Shown here: positions 38,262 through 47,535 of the stretch, piece after piece | How positions within the stretch are numbered: position 1 is the first letter of the stretch | How the letters are laid out: each line of letters begins with the position of its first letter | Assembly: GCA_030765845.1 (NCBI GenBank) | Contig: JAVCDJ010000203.1 | Span: forward strand, 83,947 to 147,946 | DNA length: 64,000 nt | Source of the DNA: Candidatus Stygibacter australis | GTDB taxonomy: Bacteria > Cloacimonadota > Cloacimonadia > Cloacimonadales > TCS61 | Direction of reading: 5' to 3' | Translations under genes and position numbers: made by a program | Notes under the pieces: generated by a model | Database searches by the model: none | Seen by the model: only the letters and a program-made list of their open reading frames with translations | What the model was told of the DNA's origin: nothing

Positions 38262-38331
38262 GGTGGAAATCTGATTCGTTTTTACTACAAATAAATAAGC
38301 ACTACGTGCTAAAATAAACCACATTTCACCC

Positions 38332-38390
38332 CACTTAGCAGGAGTTTTGGCTGGTATTCCAGACAAGACTTCTGGGGGCGACCGTTATCA
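38332..38390 (+). repeat. Family-C repeat, copy C2
   Basis: CACTTAGCAGGAGTTTTGGCTGGTATTCCAGACAAGACTTCTGGGGGCGACCGTTATCA, about 80% identical to C1. No gene or TTGACA box faces its CTTAG end. Confidence 0.7.
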
Positions 38391-38525
38391 CTATAAACTG
38401 TCGTCCAGGACTCCTAGAGTACGGTTCATCCCGATGAATCGGGACTGACTTAATGGGTAGTCAAGGCTAACAAATTGACAGGAATATTAATAAAATTATC
38501 TTAGGCTCAGATTCAGGAGGTTAAT

Positions 38526-39080
38526 ATGAAATTCGTGATATTGCTTGTAATTATCTTTATATCTGCCCTGCTGGTGGCAGATGAACCACCGGCTCAAACA
38601 GAACCGGATAATAATGCCAATGCTGAGCAGAATGATCCAGTAATGCAGGCACACCGTTTCTTTGCTGCTGACTATTTTAATAAGTGCTGGGACTATATCG
38701 ACAAAACTGACCGTACCCCCGAGGATGATCTGATGATGATCCATTATGCTCACGCGTCCCGTGCACACTGGGAAGCCATAGGCAACCCTTCAAATCTTGC
38801 TGTTGGTGAATGGCAGATCTCTCATGTGTATGCTATTTTAATTAATCCTTTGGAAGCTGCTACTTATGCTCAAGCCTGTTTGGATATATGCCAGAAGAAT
38901 CAATTAGAGGGTTTTAATAAGGGATTCGCTTATGAAGCACTTGCCAGAGCAGAGACGCTAACGGGCAATGTTACTGCCGCCCAGGAATACATTGATCTTG
39001 GTAAAAAAGAAGCCGAAAAAGTGGAAGAAAAGGAAGACCGCGAATATCTCCTGAATGAACTGAATAATATTATTGAATAA
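38526..39080 (+). CDS. Secreted protein of unknown function
   Basis: 184 aa. SD AGGAGG. Signal peptide MKFVILLVIIFISALLVA. Helical, TPR-like C-terminal part. Confidence 0.6.
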   Translation: MKFVILLVIIFISALLVADEPPAQTEPDNNANAEQNDPVMQAHRFFAADYFNKCWDYIDKTDRTPEDDLMMIHYAHASRAHWEAIGNPSNLAVGEWQISHVYAILINPLEAATYAQACLDICQKNQLEGFNKGFAYEALARAETLTGNVTAAQEYIDLGKKEAEKVEEKEDREYLLNELNNIIE

Positions 39081-39108
39081 AATCTAAATTTCCCAAAATA
39101 AACCTATT

Positions 39109-39153
39109 GCGGGAATTATATCCAGATTACTTACGTCTGAATATAATTCCCGC
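39109..39153 (+). terminator. Long hairpin after the 184-aa gene
   Basis: GCGGGAATTATATCCAGA-ttacttacg-TCTGAATATAATTCCCGC (18-bp stem, 1 mismatch). No clear U-tract. Confidence 0.45.
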
Positions 39154-39237
39154 ATAATTTATAATTAAATACCTCTAAGAATCCCTCTATTGATATCAAT
39201 GATCCACCTCAGACCACCCTGCTTCTGCCATTGAGGA

Positions 39238-39290
39238 GGAACAACAAAGAACTATCTAACATAAAAATGTCACTATGTGCTAAGTTGTTC
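39238..39290 (+). repeat. Family-H hairpin element, copy H4
   Basis: GGAACAACAAAGAAC-TATCTAACATAAAAATGTCACTAT-GTGCTAAGTTGTTC. Confidence 0.85.
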
Positions 39291-39396
39291 TAGTTATATA
39301 CTGGATATATGCCTAAAGAAATGGTGTATAGGGATTTATCTATATTTTGAGGGTTTGGGGGTGGAAAAGCAGGATAAAAACTATAAATTGTAAATA

Positions 39397-39426
39397 TTGA
39401 CAGATATTTAGGAAATAATATATATA
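39397..39426 (+). promoter_or_regulatory. Sigma-70-type promoter candidate for the 501-aa gene
   Basis: TTGACA (39397-39402), 18-nt spacer, then TATATA (39421-39426). Confidence 0.4.
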
Positions 39427-39452
39427 GGGCTATAAAATATAAGGAACAGGAA

Positions 39453-40958
39453 ATGCAAAATAAAATAATGTTCAGTTTACTGATTTTTCTCGTTTTTGTG
39501 CTCAATGCTCAGATAAATGATATTCCAGTGACTCGAAATCTTATGCCGGATGAACATCCTGTGGAATCTTATGAGGATTATATTTCAAATCTGGTACAGG
39601 TAGAAACATCCTATCAGGAAGTGATCAATAGAACTGGTAGGGAAAGAGGCAGTTGGCTGGCATTTGTGGAAAGCGGTTTGTATGACAGTCTGGAAACAGA
39701 GCTTGCAGTGTGGAATTTTGATCTTGAGCAGGAAGGCTATAATCTTATCCTGATCGAGTGGGCGGGGACTTCCGCTGAAGACCTTAAAGATGTTATCATT
39801 AATTATTACAATTTTTATAATATCAATGGAGTGTTTTTACTTGGCAATCTACCGGTTGCCTGGTTTGAATTATGGGAGGATTGGGATGGAGATAATGTTC
39901 AGGGACCAGGTGAAGAGTGGGTAGAATTTCCCATTGATCAGTATTTTGCTGACCTGGATGGTCTTTGGGATGATCTTGATGGAGATGGGGTTTATGATCT
40001 GCATGAAGAAGAACTGGATGCCGAATTGGCAATAAGTCGTTTACGGGCAGATAATTTGAGCTATGCCGGGGCAGAAGTGGAAATCCTTCGCAACTGGTTT
40101 GAGCGTAATAATCTGTATCGTAATGGTGTTCTGGAAGACAGCGATCAGGCATTGGGATATATAGATGATGACTGGGCTTACTGGGATTATGAATATCAGG
40201 CGGCACTGGAGCTATGCTATACCAATGTGGAAATGATATCTGAGGTAAACAGCACTACAGCAGATGATTATCGGGAAAACAGGTGGAGCGGGACTTATGA
40301 ATGGATCCAGGTGCACGTTCACTCAGGACCAGATGCGCATTATTTTTATCAGAATAATGGCAGTAATTACTACCTGGTGCATAATAACGAGATAGCACCT
40401 TATAATCCAGATGCTTTATTTTATAACCTGTTCTGCTGCTCAAATGCCAGATTTACTCAGGCAAACAGTATGGGCAGTCTTTATGTGTTGGGAAACGAGC
40501 ATGGTCTGGCTTCGATAGGCTCAACTAAAACTGGTTCAATGCTGGATTTTGAGTATTTCTACGGTCCCTTAGGTAATGGGGAAGTGATGGGTGAAGCTTT
40601 GAGGCAATGGTGGAATGATACCATGGTGGAATACGAATCTACAGAATATCGGCAGTGCTACAGAAGCTGGTTTTATGGCATGGCACTGATTGGTGATCCG
40701 ACTTTGGTTACAGAATATGAGCCAGTCAGCGTGCTGGGAGATATAGATTATAACGGGCAGATCGAGGCGTTTGATGCATCTATGATCATGAGATATTGCG
40801 TGGGATATGAGCCGGGAATTTCTGCTCCACTACCCTGGGGTGCTGCCAGACGATATTTTGCTGATGTGGATGGCACAGAAGAATTGACCTCTTATGATGC
40901 TGCCTTGATCTTACAATATTTTGTGGGCATAATTACGGAATTCCCCGTAAATGAATAA
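39453..40958 (+). CDS. Secreted protein with C-terminal dockerin-type repeats; N-terminal region gingipain/C25-like (tentative)
   Basis: 501 aa with a signal peptide. Asp-rich calcium-type loops (DLDGLWDDLDGDGVYD). C-terminal pair GDIDYNGQIEAFDASMIMRY / ADVDGTEELTSYDAALILQY. Confidence 0.55.
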   Translation: MQNKIMFSLLIFLVFVLNAQINDIPVTRNLMPDEHPVESYEDYISNLVQVETSYQEVINRTGRERGSWLAFVESGLYDSLETELAVWNFDLEQEGYNLILIEWAGTSAEDLKDVIINYYNFYNINGVFLLGNLPVAWFELWEDWDGDNVQGPGEEWVEFPIDQYFADLDGLWDDLDGDGVYDLHEEELDAELAISRLRADNLSYAGAEVEILRNWFERNNLYRNGVLEDSDQALGYIDDDWAYWDYEYQAALELCYTNVEMISEVNSTTADDYRENRWSGTYEWIQVHVHSGPDAHYFYQNNGSNYYLVHNNEIAPYNPDALFYNLFCCSNARFTQANSMGSLYVLGNEHGLASIGSTKTGSMLDFEYFYGPLGNGEVMGEALRQWWNDTMVEYESTEYRQCYRSWFYGMALIGDPTLVTEYEPVSVLGDIDYNGQIEAFDASMIMRYCVGYEPGISAPLPWGAARRYFADVDGTEELTSYDAALILQYFVGIITEFPVNE

Positions 40959-40989
40959 TAAATAATCATTTTTTTGAGGAGGTGATAGA

Positions 40990-42138
40990 ATGAAGAGATT
41001 ATCTGGGATATTAATAATTTTACTATTAACAGGCTTATGCCTGGCACAGGACTCATATCAGGACTATTTGAATGAGCAGAACCAGCAGCAGGAAGATTAT
41101 ATCAATCAGCAGAACACTGCCTTTGCCAACTATCATAATCAACAGGATTCATTATTTATTCAATATAAGGATGATATTGAGAAATTGTGGAATGAATTCA
41201 GGGAGTCTACTCCCAAAGACTGGGTTAGTTATAATGAGGATTTTTCCGGTCGCAGTGAGGTTTCCTTTGAGACAGGGGAAATCAAAGTTGATGCAGTAGT
41301 GGAAAGCACTTCTGGTCAAGATGAGGTAAAAGCCCAGGAAATCATAAAAAACCAGATAGTGAGTATTTTACAGGAGAAAGACGCGACAGAAGAGCCAATT
41401 CTGGCTGATCAGGTGAAAAATCCACTTGGTTCCGGCAAAGCAATCAGTGAGAAGGATGTTAATGAACTGGCAGAGCAGATCGCTAAGCAGGCGGTTAAGA
41501 AGGAAATTATCGGATCAGATAATCAGATCAGGATGAAATATACAATTTCTCTGGAATTGATGCCAGACCATATTCGCAAACGGGCAGAAAAATATAAACC
41601 CATAATTGAAAACTTCTGTCAGGAATATCAGATCGATCCCCGACTGGCACTGGCGATTGCTCACACAGAGTCATATTTTAATCCCAAGGCCTATAACCGC
41701 CATGGCAATGCTTATGGCATGATGCAGATCGTACCTAAATATGCCGGAATAAATATGAATAATGTGATCTTTCACAAAAACCAGAAACCTTCTTCGGAGG
41801 AACTATTTAATCCAGACATCAATCTGCACATGGGAATTGCTTATCTCCGCTGGTTGGCTGATAATAAATGGCAAAAAGTTACTAATCCGACAAACCAGAT
41901 ATATTGCATGATCTGCAGCTATAATGGTGGACCGGGTACTATTTATAAAGCTATGACCGGTAAGATGAATAAGATTGGACAGGAAAAATGGGATAAAATG
42001 ATCAACGACCTTTCTACCATGGACAGCAAGAAACTCTATAATAAACTCCGCAAAGATGTACCCTTTGAGGAAACCAGAAATTACATAGAAAAAGTAGTAG
42101 GTAAAATGAGCAATGAATACGCCATGGGGAGAGAGTAA
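40990..42138 (+). CDS. mltC: MltC-like membrane-bound lytic murein transglycosylase (SLT domain)
   Basis: 382 aa. SLT motifs AHTESYFNPKA, GMMQIVP, YNGGPG. Confidence 0.75.
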   Translation: MKRLSGILIILLLTGLCLAQDSYQDYLNEQNQQQEDYINQQNTAFANYHNQQDSLFIQYKDDIEKLWNEFRESTPKDWVSYNEDFSGRSEVSFETGEIKVDAVVESTSGQDEVKAQEIIKNQIVSILQEKDATEEPILADQVKNPLGSGKAISEKDVNELAEQIAKQAVKKEIIGSDNQIRMKYTISLELMPDHIRKRAEKYKPIIENFCQEYQIDPRLALAIAHTESYFNPKAYNRHGNAYGMMQIVPKYAGINMNNVIFHKNQKPSSEELFNPDINLHMGIAYLRWLADNKWQKVTNPTNQIYCMICSYNGGPGTIYKAMTGKMNKIGQEKWDKMINDLSTMDSKKLYNKLRKDVPFEETRNYIEKVVGKMSNEYAMGRE

Positions 42139-42346
42139 CAGCTAAACTAATTTATCCCTATACATCGGAAGAGCTGAATTTTGGACAGGAGTTTAAAGTG
42201 TCTTGAGCTAATTTAATATTACTTGTATAGTTGAATTATATCTATAGCTCTTTCTTCATGCTGCATAAATTTCTGGATTACTGCTAATTTTGAGAAAAAA
42301 CTTGATTTCTATGATAAGGTATTAACATCTTGTCTAAGGAGTAAAA

Positions 42347-44086
42347 ATGATAAGCAAAATCATTGTAGAGAATTTTAAAGGATTTGAGAGAATTGAATTA
42401 GATTTAGATAAATCAGTCCTTTTCATAGGACCAAATAATTCTGGTAAAACAACAGCCTTACAAGCCTTTGCCCTTTGGGATATTGGTTTAAAAAACTGGT
42501 TAATTAAAAAAGGAAATAAAAATCCAACCCAGCAAAAATCAGGCATTGCCATCAATCGCAAAGACTTAATTAATCTGCCAGTTCCTCAGTCAAAACTTTT
42601 ATGGAATGACCTGCATGTGAGAATGCAGAATAACACTGGTAAACAAATTACAAGTAATATCATGATCAATATATTAGTAGAAGGAAACACAAATGATAAA
42701 TACTGGCAGGTGGGACTGGAATTTGATTACTTCAATGAAGAATCACTTTATTGCCGCCCGTTGAGGAAAAGCAATCAAAAGAATTTTGTACGCTATTCAA
42801 TAGATAATTCTATTACCTATCCGATTTTTGCCTACTTACCTCCTATGTCTGGATTAACTATCAATGAATTTCAGAAACAACCAGGAGAGATTAACTATTT
42901 AATTGGTCAAGGTCAAACAGCTCAAGTACTTAGAAATCTCTGTTATAATTTATTCACTAACAAAACTGAGAAATGGTATAAGCTAAAAAAACATGTCAAA
43001 GAACTATTTGGCATAGATATTTTAGAGCCTACCTGCAATAATATTACTAATGAATTAGAATTGCAATATGATGATAAATCCAAGATCAGACTTGATATTT
43101 CTTGTGCAGGAAGAGGAGTGCAGCAAGTGCTATTGTTGCTCTCATATATTTATTTTAATCCGGGAAGCATATTATTACTTGATGAGCCTGATGCCCACCT
43201 TGAAGTCCTCAAACAACGAGAAATTTATAATTTACTGCTTGATATCGCTTTGGAAAATAAGTCGCAAATTATTGCTGCCAGTCACTCGGAGGTCTTACTG
43301 AATGAAGCTGCTCAATCTTCACAGGTAATCGCTTTCCTGGGCAAACCACATGTAATTAATAATAAGTCACAGGTGGCAAAATCACTAACGACAATTGGCT
43401 GGGAAAATTATTACCAGGCAGAACAAAAAGGTTGGATATTATACCTTGAGAATAATACAGACCTCAAAATTTTGCAGGCATTTGCCCAGAAATTAGATCA
43501 TCCTGCTTTGGTCTATTTAAGAAATCCTTTTGTGAAATATGTAGAAACGAATATTCCTCAAAAAGCCAGAAATCATTTTTATGCTATTAAAGAAGCTAAA
43601 GATAATCTTAATGGTATTGCTGTTTTTGACCATCTGGAAAAGCAGTTGAATAGTGAAGGAGTCTTAGTTGAACGCATGTGGGCACAAAATGAAATTGAAA
43701 ATTATATAACATTTCTGGAACCACTTCGAGAGTTCATTAAATCACAATTTACCATCCAGACAGACAGTTCTCAATTAGATTTTATGAATAAAATCAATAT
43801 AGATAGACCGTTGCAAGTTCTTGATGAAACTATTAAAGAAATATCGTCAGCTTTGAAAATTTTAGGTGAAGATAACGGTGATCTTTGGGGTTCAAAGATA
43901 AAAGCTTCAGAGAAAGTCCTGGATAAAATATTTAAAAATTTCTCTCAGAAAATGAATATCCCCTTAATTCTCAGGAAAAGCGATTATTATCTGCTTGTGA
44001 AATTTCTTCCTCTGGAATTGATAGATAAAGAAATCATTCAAATACTGGATATCATTAATGAAGTAGCAATCAAATCACAAAGTTGA
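42347..44086 (+). CDS. Fused ABC/AAA_15-type ATPase + TOPRIM-like (DUF4435/OLD-type) domain protein; OLD-family / merged PARIS-like candidate defence gene
   Basis: 579 aa. Walker A GPNNSGKTT, Walker B/D-loop ILLLDEPDAHLE, H-loop ASHSE. The C-terminal 250 aa carry ILYLENNTDLKILQAF, GIAVFDHLEK and WAQNEIENYI, patterns I associate with OLD/DUF4435 Toprim domains. Monocistronic and AT-rich. Confidence 0.6.
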   Translation: MISKIIVENFKGFERIELDLDKSVLFIGPNNSGKTTALQAFALWDIGLKNWLIKKGNKNPTQQKSGIAINRKDLINLPVPQSKLLWNDLHVRMQNNTGKQITSNIMINILVEGNTNDKYWQVGLEFDYFNEESLYCRPLRKSNQKNFVRYSIDNSITYPIFAYLPPMSGLTINEFQKQPGEINYLIGQGQTAQVLRNLCYNLFTNKTEKWYKLKKHVKELFGIDILEPTCNNITNELELQYDDKSKIRLDISCAGRGVQQVLLLLSYIYFNPGSILLLDEPDAHLEVLKQREIYNLLLDIALENKSQIIAASHSEVLLNEAAQSSQVIAFLGKPHVINNKSQVAKSLTTIGWENYYQAEQKGWILYLENNTDLKILQAFAQKLDHPALVYLRNPFVKYVETNIPQKARNHFYAIKEAKDNLNGIAVFDHLEKQLNSEGVLVERMWAQNEIENYITFLEPLREFIKSQFTIQTDSSQLDFMNKINIDRPLQVLDETIKEISSALKILGEDNGDLWGSKIKASEKVLDKIFKNFSQKMNIPLILRKSDYYLLVKFLPLELIDKEIIQILDIINEVAIKSQS

Positions 44087-44144
44087 CTTAAAAATTAAAT
44101 CAAGCTGTGTTTTGCTATCTGACAATTATTTTAGATACTGAATT

Positions 44145-45179
44145 TCAGTTCTTAAGCTCCTGTTTTAATGCTTTTATAAAATGATCAATATCTTCTTCAG
44201 TGGTATCAAAGGTTGTCATGAAACGTACCTCGTGAGTGTCCTCATCCCAGACGTAGAAGAAATATATTTCTTGCAGGCGAGGGATCAGCTCTGCTGGCAA
44301 TATGGCAAACACGGAATTAACTTCGCAGGGTCGGGTAATCGTGATACCTTTCACTTTTAATAATTCATTATAAAGCTTTTTTGCCATATTATTGGAGTGT
44401 AAGGCATTATCATACCAGAGATCATCTGTAAGCAGGGCAGAAAACTGGGCTGAGATATAACGCATCTTGGAATGCAACTGCATACCCTGCTTGCGGAAAT
44501 ATTTAAAATCTACTGCCAGTTCTGGTCGGAAAAATACTGCTGCTTCGCCAAACATCATCCCGTTTTTTGTTCCGCCAAAGGACATCAGATCAATACCTGT
44601 CTCAGTGGTCATTTGCCTGATAGTGCAGTTTAATGCCACTGCTGCATTGGCAATTCTGGCTCCATCAAGATGCAAAAGCAGGTTATTGGCATGGCAGAAA
44701 TCAGCTAAGATTTTCAGCTCCTGGAGTGAGTACAGAGTACCTAATTCCGTGGACTGGGTGATAGAAACCACTTTAGGCTGGGAATGATGTTCAAAACCAA
44801 TTCCATGCATCATGGTCTTGATAAGTTCAGGAGTCAATTTCCCATCTGGAGTAGAAATAAATTCCATTTTACAGCCCGTTATTGCACTGGGAGCACCGCA
44901 TTCATCCACGTTGATATGGGCAGATTCCGGGCAGATAATGGAATGATAACTGCGGGTTACAGTATTAAGCAGCACGGTATTAGCACCAGTGCCGTTATAC
45001 ATAAAAAAGACTTCGATATCATCACCCAGTAGTAGTTTGAATTTATCGACAGCTTCCTGAGTGTAGGGGTCATCACCATAGCCAACATAATGTCCCTGAT
45101 TGACTTCGTGAAGAGCTCTCATCACGGCGGGATGTACGCCAGAATTATTGTCACTGGCAAATGATTTTGGTATTTTCAT
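44145..45179 (-). CDS. ltaE: Threonine aldolase family (PLP-dependent beta-eliminating lyase fold) protein
   Basis: 344 aa. N-terminus FASDNNSGVHPAVMRAL...GYGDDPYT and GGTKNG around the expected PLP-Lys region. Confidence 0.7.
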   Translation of the reverse strand: MKIPKSFASDNNSGVHPAVMRALHEVNQGHYVGYGDDPYTQEAVDKFKLLLGDDIEVFFMYNGTGANTVLLNTVTRSYHSIICPESAHINVDECGAPSAITGCKMEFISTPDGKLTPELIKTMMHGIGFEHHSQPKVVSITQSTELGTLYSLQELKILADFCHANNLLLHLDGARIANAAVALNCTIRQMTTETGIDLMSFGGTKNGMMFGEAAVFFRPELAVDFKYFRKQGMQLHSKMRYISAQFSALLTDDLWYDNALHSNNMAKKLYNELLKVKGITITRPCEVNSVFAILPAELIPRLQEIYFFYVWDEDTHEVRFMTTFDTTEEDIDHFIKALKQELKN

Positions 45180-45200
45180 ATATTTATCCTCTTTTGGTTT

Positions 45201-46283
45201 TTATGGTTTTAATTTCGAGATTGTGCCATCCGGGGCAAGAACAAAAAAACTGTTATCCTGGTATAAAAGTGCCTGACCAGATTCCTGATATTTAAGTCCT
45301 GCATCAATTGCAATTATCCTGCCTTCCTGGGCATATTGGATATTCTTAAAAGTTGTATGCCCTACGATAATATTTTCCAGGCTGTATTCATTCAGGATAC
45401 CGTCTATGATCTCAGGACTGGCAGTGTCCCATTTATCTTCTGAATAAAAATAACCACGATACCAGAAAGGTCCGTTAGTGCGGAATAGATAATCAAGGTT
45501 CGTATCCTGAATTGCTTCACTGTCATGATAATAATCCCAGATCATTGTATTCACCTTATCAAGGTCTTTATATTTTTGGGCAAATCCAGTAGAAATCCCT
45601 CCATGAACAAAAAGCAGATCATCAAGCTTAAGTATAGTCTGCCAATTGCGAATCCAACTGCCAAACAGGGTGTTTTCACCATAAAGTTCATTATAGGTCA
45701 TATCCAGCAATTCGCAGGTTCGCCCATATTTGCCATCCATTTCATGAGTTCTTTTTCTGATGGTCATGGTCTCATGATTGCCAAGGATAGGGATGAGTTT
45801 ATTTTGAGGATTATCAACTGTTTGTGAATAGAGATGATATAGCAGCCACAGGCATTCCGTAGTATATTCACCGCGATCTAAAACATCTCCCACCATGATC
45901 AGGCAGCCATCATAGATCCAGTTATAATTTTCGTCCATCACTCCCGCAGCCAGAAGCAGTTCTATTGTGCCATCCAGATTGCCGTGCATATCACTGAGAG
46001 CCAGGAATTTATCAGGTTTTGGCGGGCTGGTTGCCGGCTGCTCAAAGTTCTTTGTTAAAACTATGGGTTCTGCTTTACCATCTGACCAGTCCAGAAGGAA
46101 TTCACCCTGATCATCTGCTGATAAGGTGTCACGGAAAACCTGAGAATCCTGGATAGTAACAGCTACAGGCAGCCCATCTTCCCAGAATATATAGGGTCCA
46201 TCTGAAAAATTATCTGCTGACCTTGCTTCATTGAAGCAGATCAGGACAATTATCAGAACAAAATATCTTATTATACTTTTCAT
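45201..46283 (-). CDS. Secreted calcineurin-like metallophosphoesterase
   Basis: 360 aa with a signal peptide. Motifs LSDMHGN, GDVLDRG, GNHE, VHGG. Confidence 0.75.
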   Translation of the reverse strand: MKSIIRYFVLIIVLICFNEARSADNFSDGPYIFWEDGLPVAVTIQDSQVFRDTLSADDQGEFLLDWSDGKAEPIVLTKNFEQPATSPPKPDKFLALSDMHGNLDGTIELLLAAGVMDENYNWIYDGCLIMVGDVLDRGEYTTECLWLLYHLYSQTVDNPQNKLIPILGNHETMTIRKRTHEMDGKYGRTCELLDMTYNELYGENTLFGSWIRNWQTILKLDDLLFVHGGISTGFAQKYKDLDKVNTMIWDYYHDSEAIQDTNLDYLFRTNGPFWYRGYFYSEDKWDTASPEIIDGILNEYSLENIIVGHTTFKNIQYAQEGRIIAIDAGLKYQESGQALLYQDNSFFVLAPDGTISKLKP

Positions 46284-46386
46284 AAAGTAAGAGGAAATAT
46301 ATCGCGGATTATGGTCAAGTTAGAAATATAAGTAAATAATTGTTGACAATGATAGCCAACAAAATAGACAATCGCTCTCAAGTGAG

Positions 46387-47508
46387 GTGATTATGCTGGA
46401 TTTAATTAAAGTCAGAAAGGAATTACACCAGATCCCAGAGCTGGCATATAAGGAAATCAAGACTCAAGAATATATTCTGGGAAAACTGAAAGCTTATCCC
46501 GGACTGAAAATTCATCGTTTTAAACCTACTGGAATATTAGTTGATTATCAGGGTGGAAAGGGCAAATATCTGCTATTCAGAGCGGATATGGATGCGCTGC
46601 CAATCAGCGAAAATACCGACTGCGATTTCAAATCATTGCATTCCGGAATGATGCATGCCTGTGGTCATGATATTCATATGACAATATTACTGGGATTGAT
46701 AGACCAGGTGATCAAAGATCAGCCGGCAAAAAATCTGGTATTTCTATTTCAACCAGCAGAAGAAGGTCAATCAGGTGCTGAAGCAGTTCTGAAAGATAAT
46801 ATCTGGGATAATTATGATATTGCAGCCGCCTTTGCATTACATGTGAGCCCTGATCTACAAGTGGGAACTATCAGCAGCCGGGCTGGAAATTTCTTTGCTG
46901 CCACAGCAGAATTTGATATTTCCATTCAAGGAATATCTTCTCATATTGCCATGCCACAGGATGGAAAAAATGCTTTACAGGCAGGTATAGAAGTGTATCA
47001 GTCAGTGCAGCAGTTACAGCATATTGTAAAATCAAATGAGCGCTTTATTTGTGATTTTGGTTTAATGACTGCTGGTTCTGTTCGCAATGCCATACCTGCG
47101 CATTGTCTGCTTTCAGGAACTATCAGAGCTGCCGATAGAGACAGGATAGCTGATCTTAAAAAATCTCTAAGTGCTATCTGCCATGCTGTTTCAGCTGCTT
47201 ATGAAGTAGAGATTTCCACGGAATTCCTGGCAGAATATCAGGAAGTGTATAATTCTAATGCCCTGCTGGAAGACCTCAAAATCGCTGCCAGTCAAACCGG
47301 AGTGAACTATCAGCAGGCAGAAATGACGATGGCAGGTGAAGATTTTGGTTTTATTGCTGGTCGTTGGGGAGGTATATTATTCTGGCTGGGTGCCCGGGGA
47401 AAGGAAGTATATCCTCTGCACAGTGACAGGTTTTTACCCTCGGAAAAATCTATTGATCTTGGGATAAAATTATTTTATCAAGTAATAAATAACAAAATAG
47501 GAACATAA
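46387..47508 (+). CDS. M20D-family amidohydrolase (N-acyl-amino-acid / acetyl-diaminopimelate deacetylase type)
   Basis: 373 aa. Motifs HQIPELAYKE, RADMDALP, MHACGHDIH. Start ambiguous (GTG 46387 or ATG 46393). Confidence 0.75.
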   Translation: MIMLDLIKVRKELHQIPELAYKEIKTQEYILGKLKAYPGLKIHRFKPTGILVDYQGGKGKYLLFRADMDALPISENTDCDFKSLHSGMMHACGHDIHMTILLGLIDQVIKDQPAKNLVFLFQPAEEGQSGAEAVLKDNIWDNYDIAAAFALHVSPDLQVGTISSRAGNFFAATAEFDISIQGISSHIAMPQDGKNALQAGIEVYQSVQQLQHIVKSNERFICDFGLMTAGSVRNAIPAHCLLSGTIRAADRDRIADLKKSLSAICHAVSAAYEVEISTEFLAEYQEVYNSNALLEDLKIAASQTGVNYQQAEMTMAGEDFGFIAGRWGGILFWLGARGKEVYPLHSDRFLPSEKSIDLGIKLFYQVINNKIGT

Positions 47509-47535
47509 TTTGCTATAAAATTCGCGGAGGATACT

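Noticed and set aside
38332-38450. A structured ncRNA spanning repeat C2. AGGAGT at 38340-38345 can pair with ACTCCT at 38410-38415, enclosing CTGG-tatt-CCAG and GGCGAC..GTCGTC hairpins, followed by a TCCCGA-tgaa-TCGGGA hairpin.
   Set aside because: The homologous copy C1 (18524-18580) lacks the downstream ACTCCT partner and shows no compensatory changes, so the fold is not supported by the only comparison available here. It deserves a covariance test with more copies.
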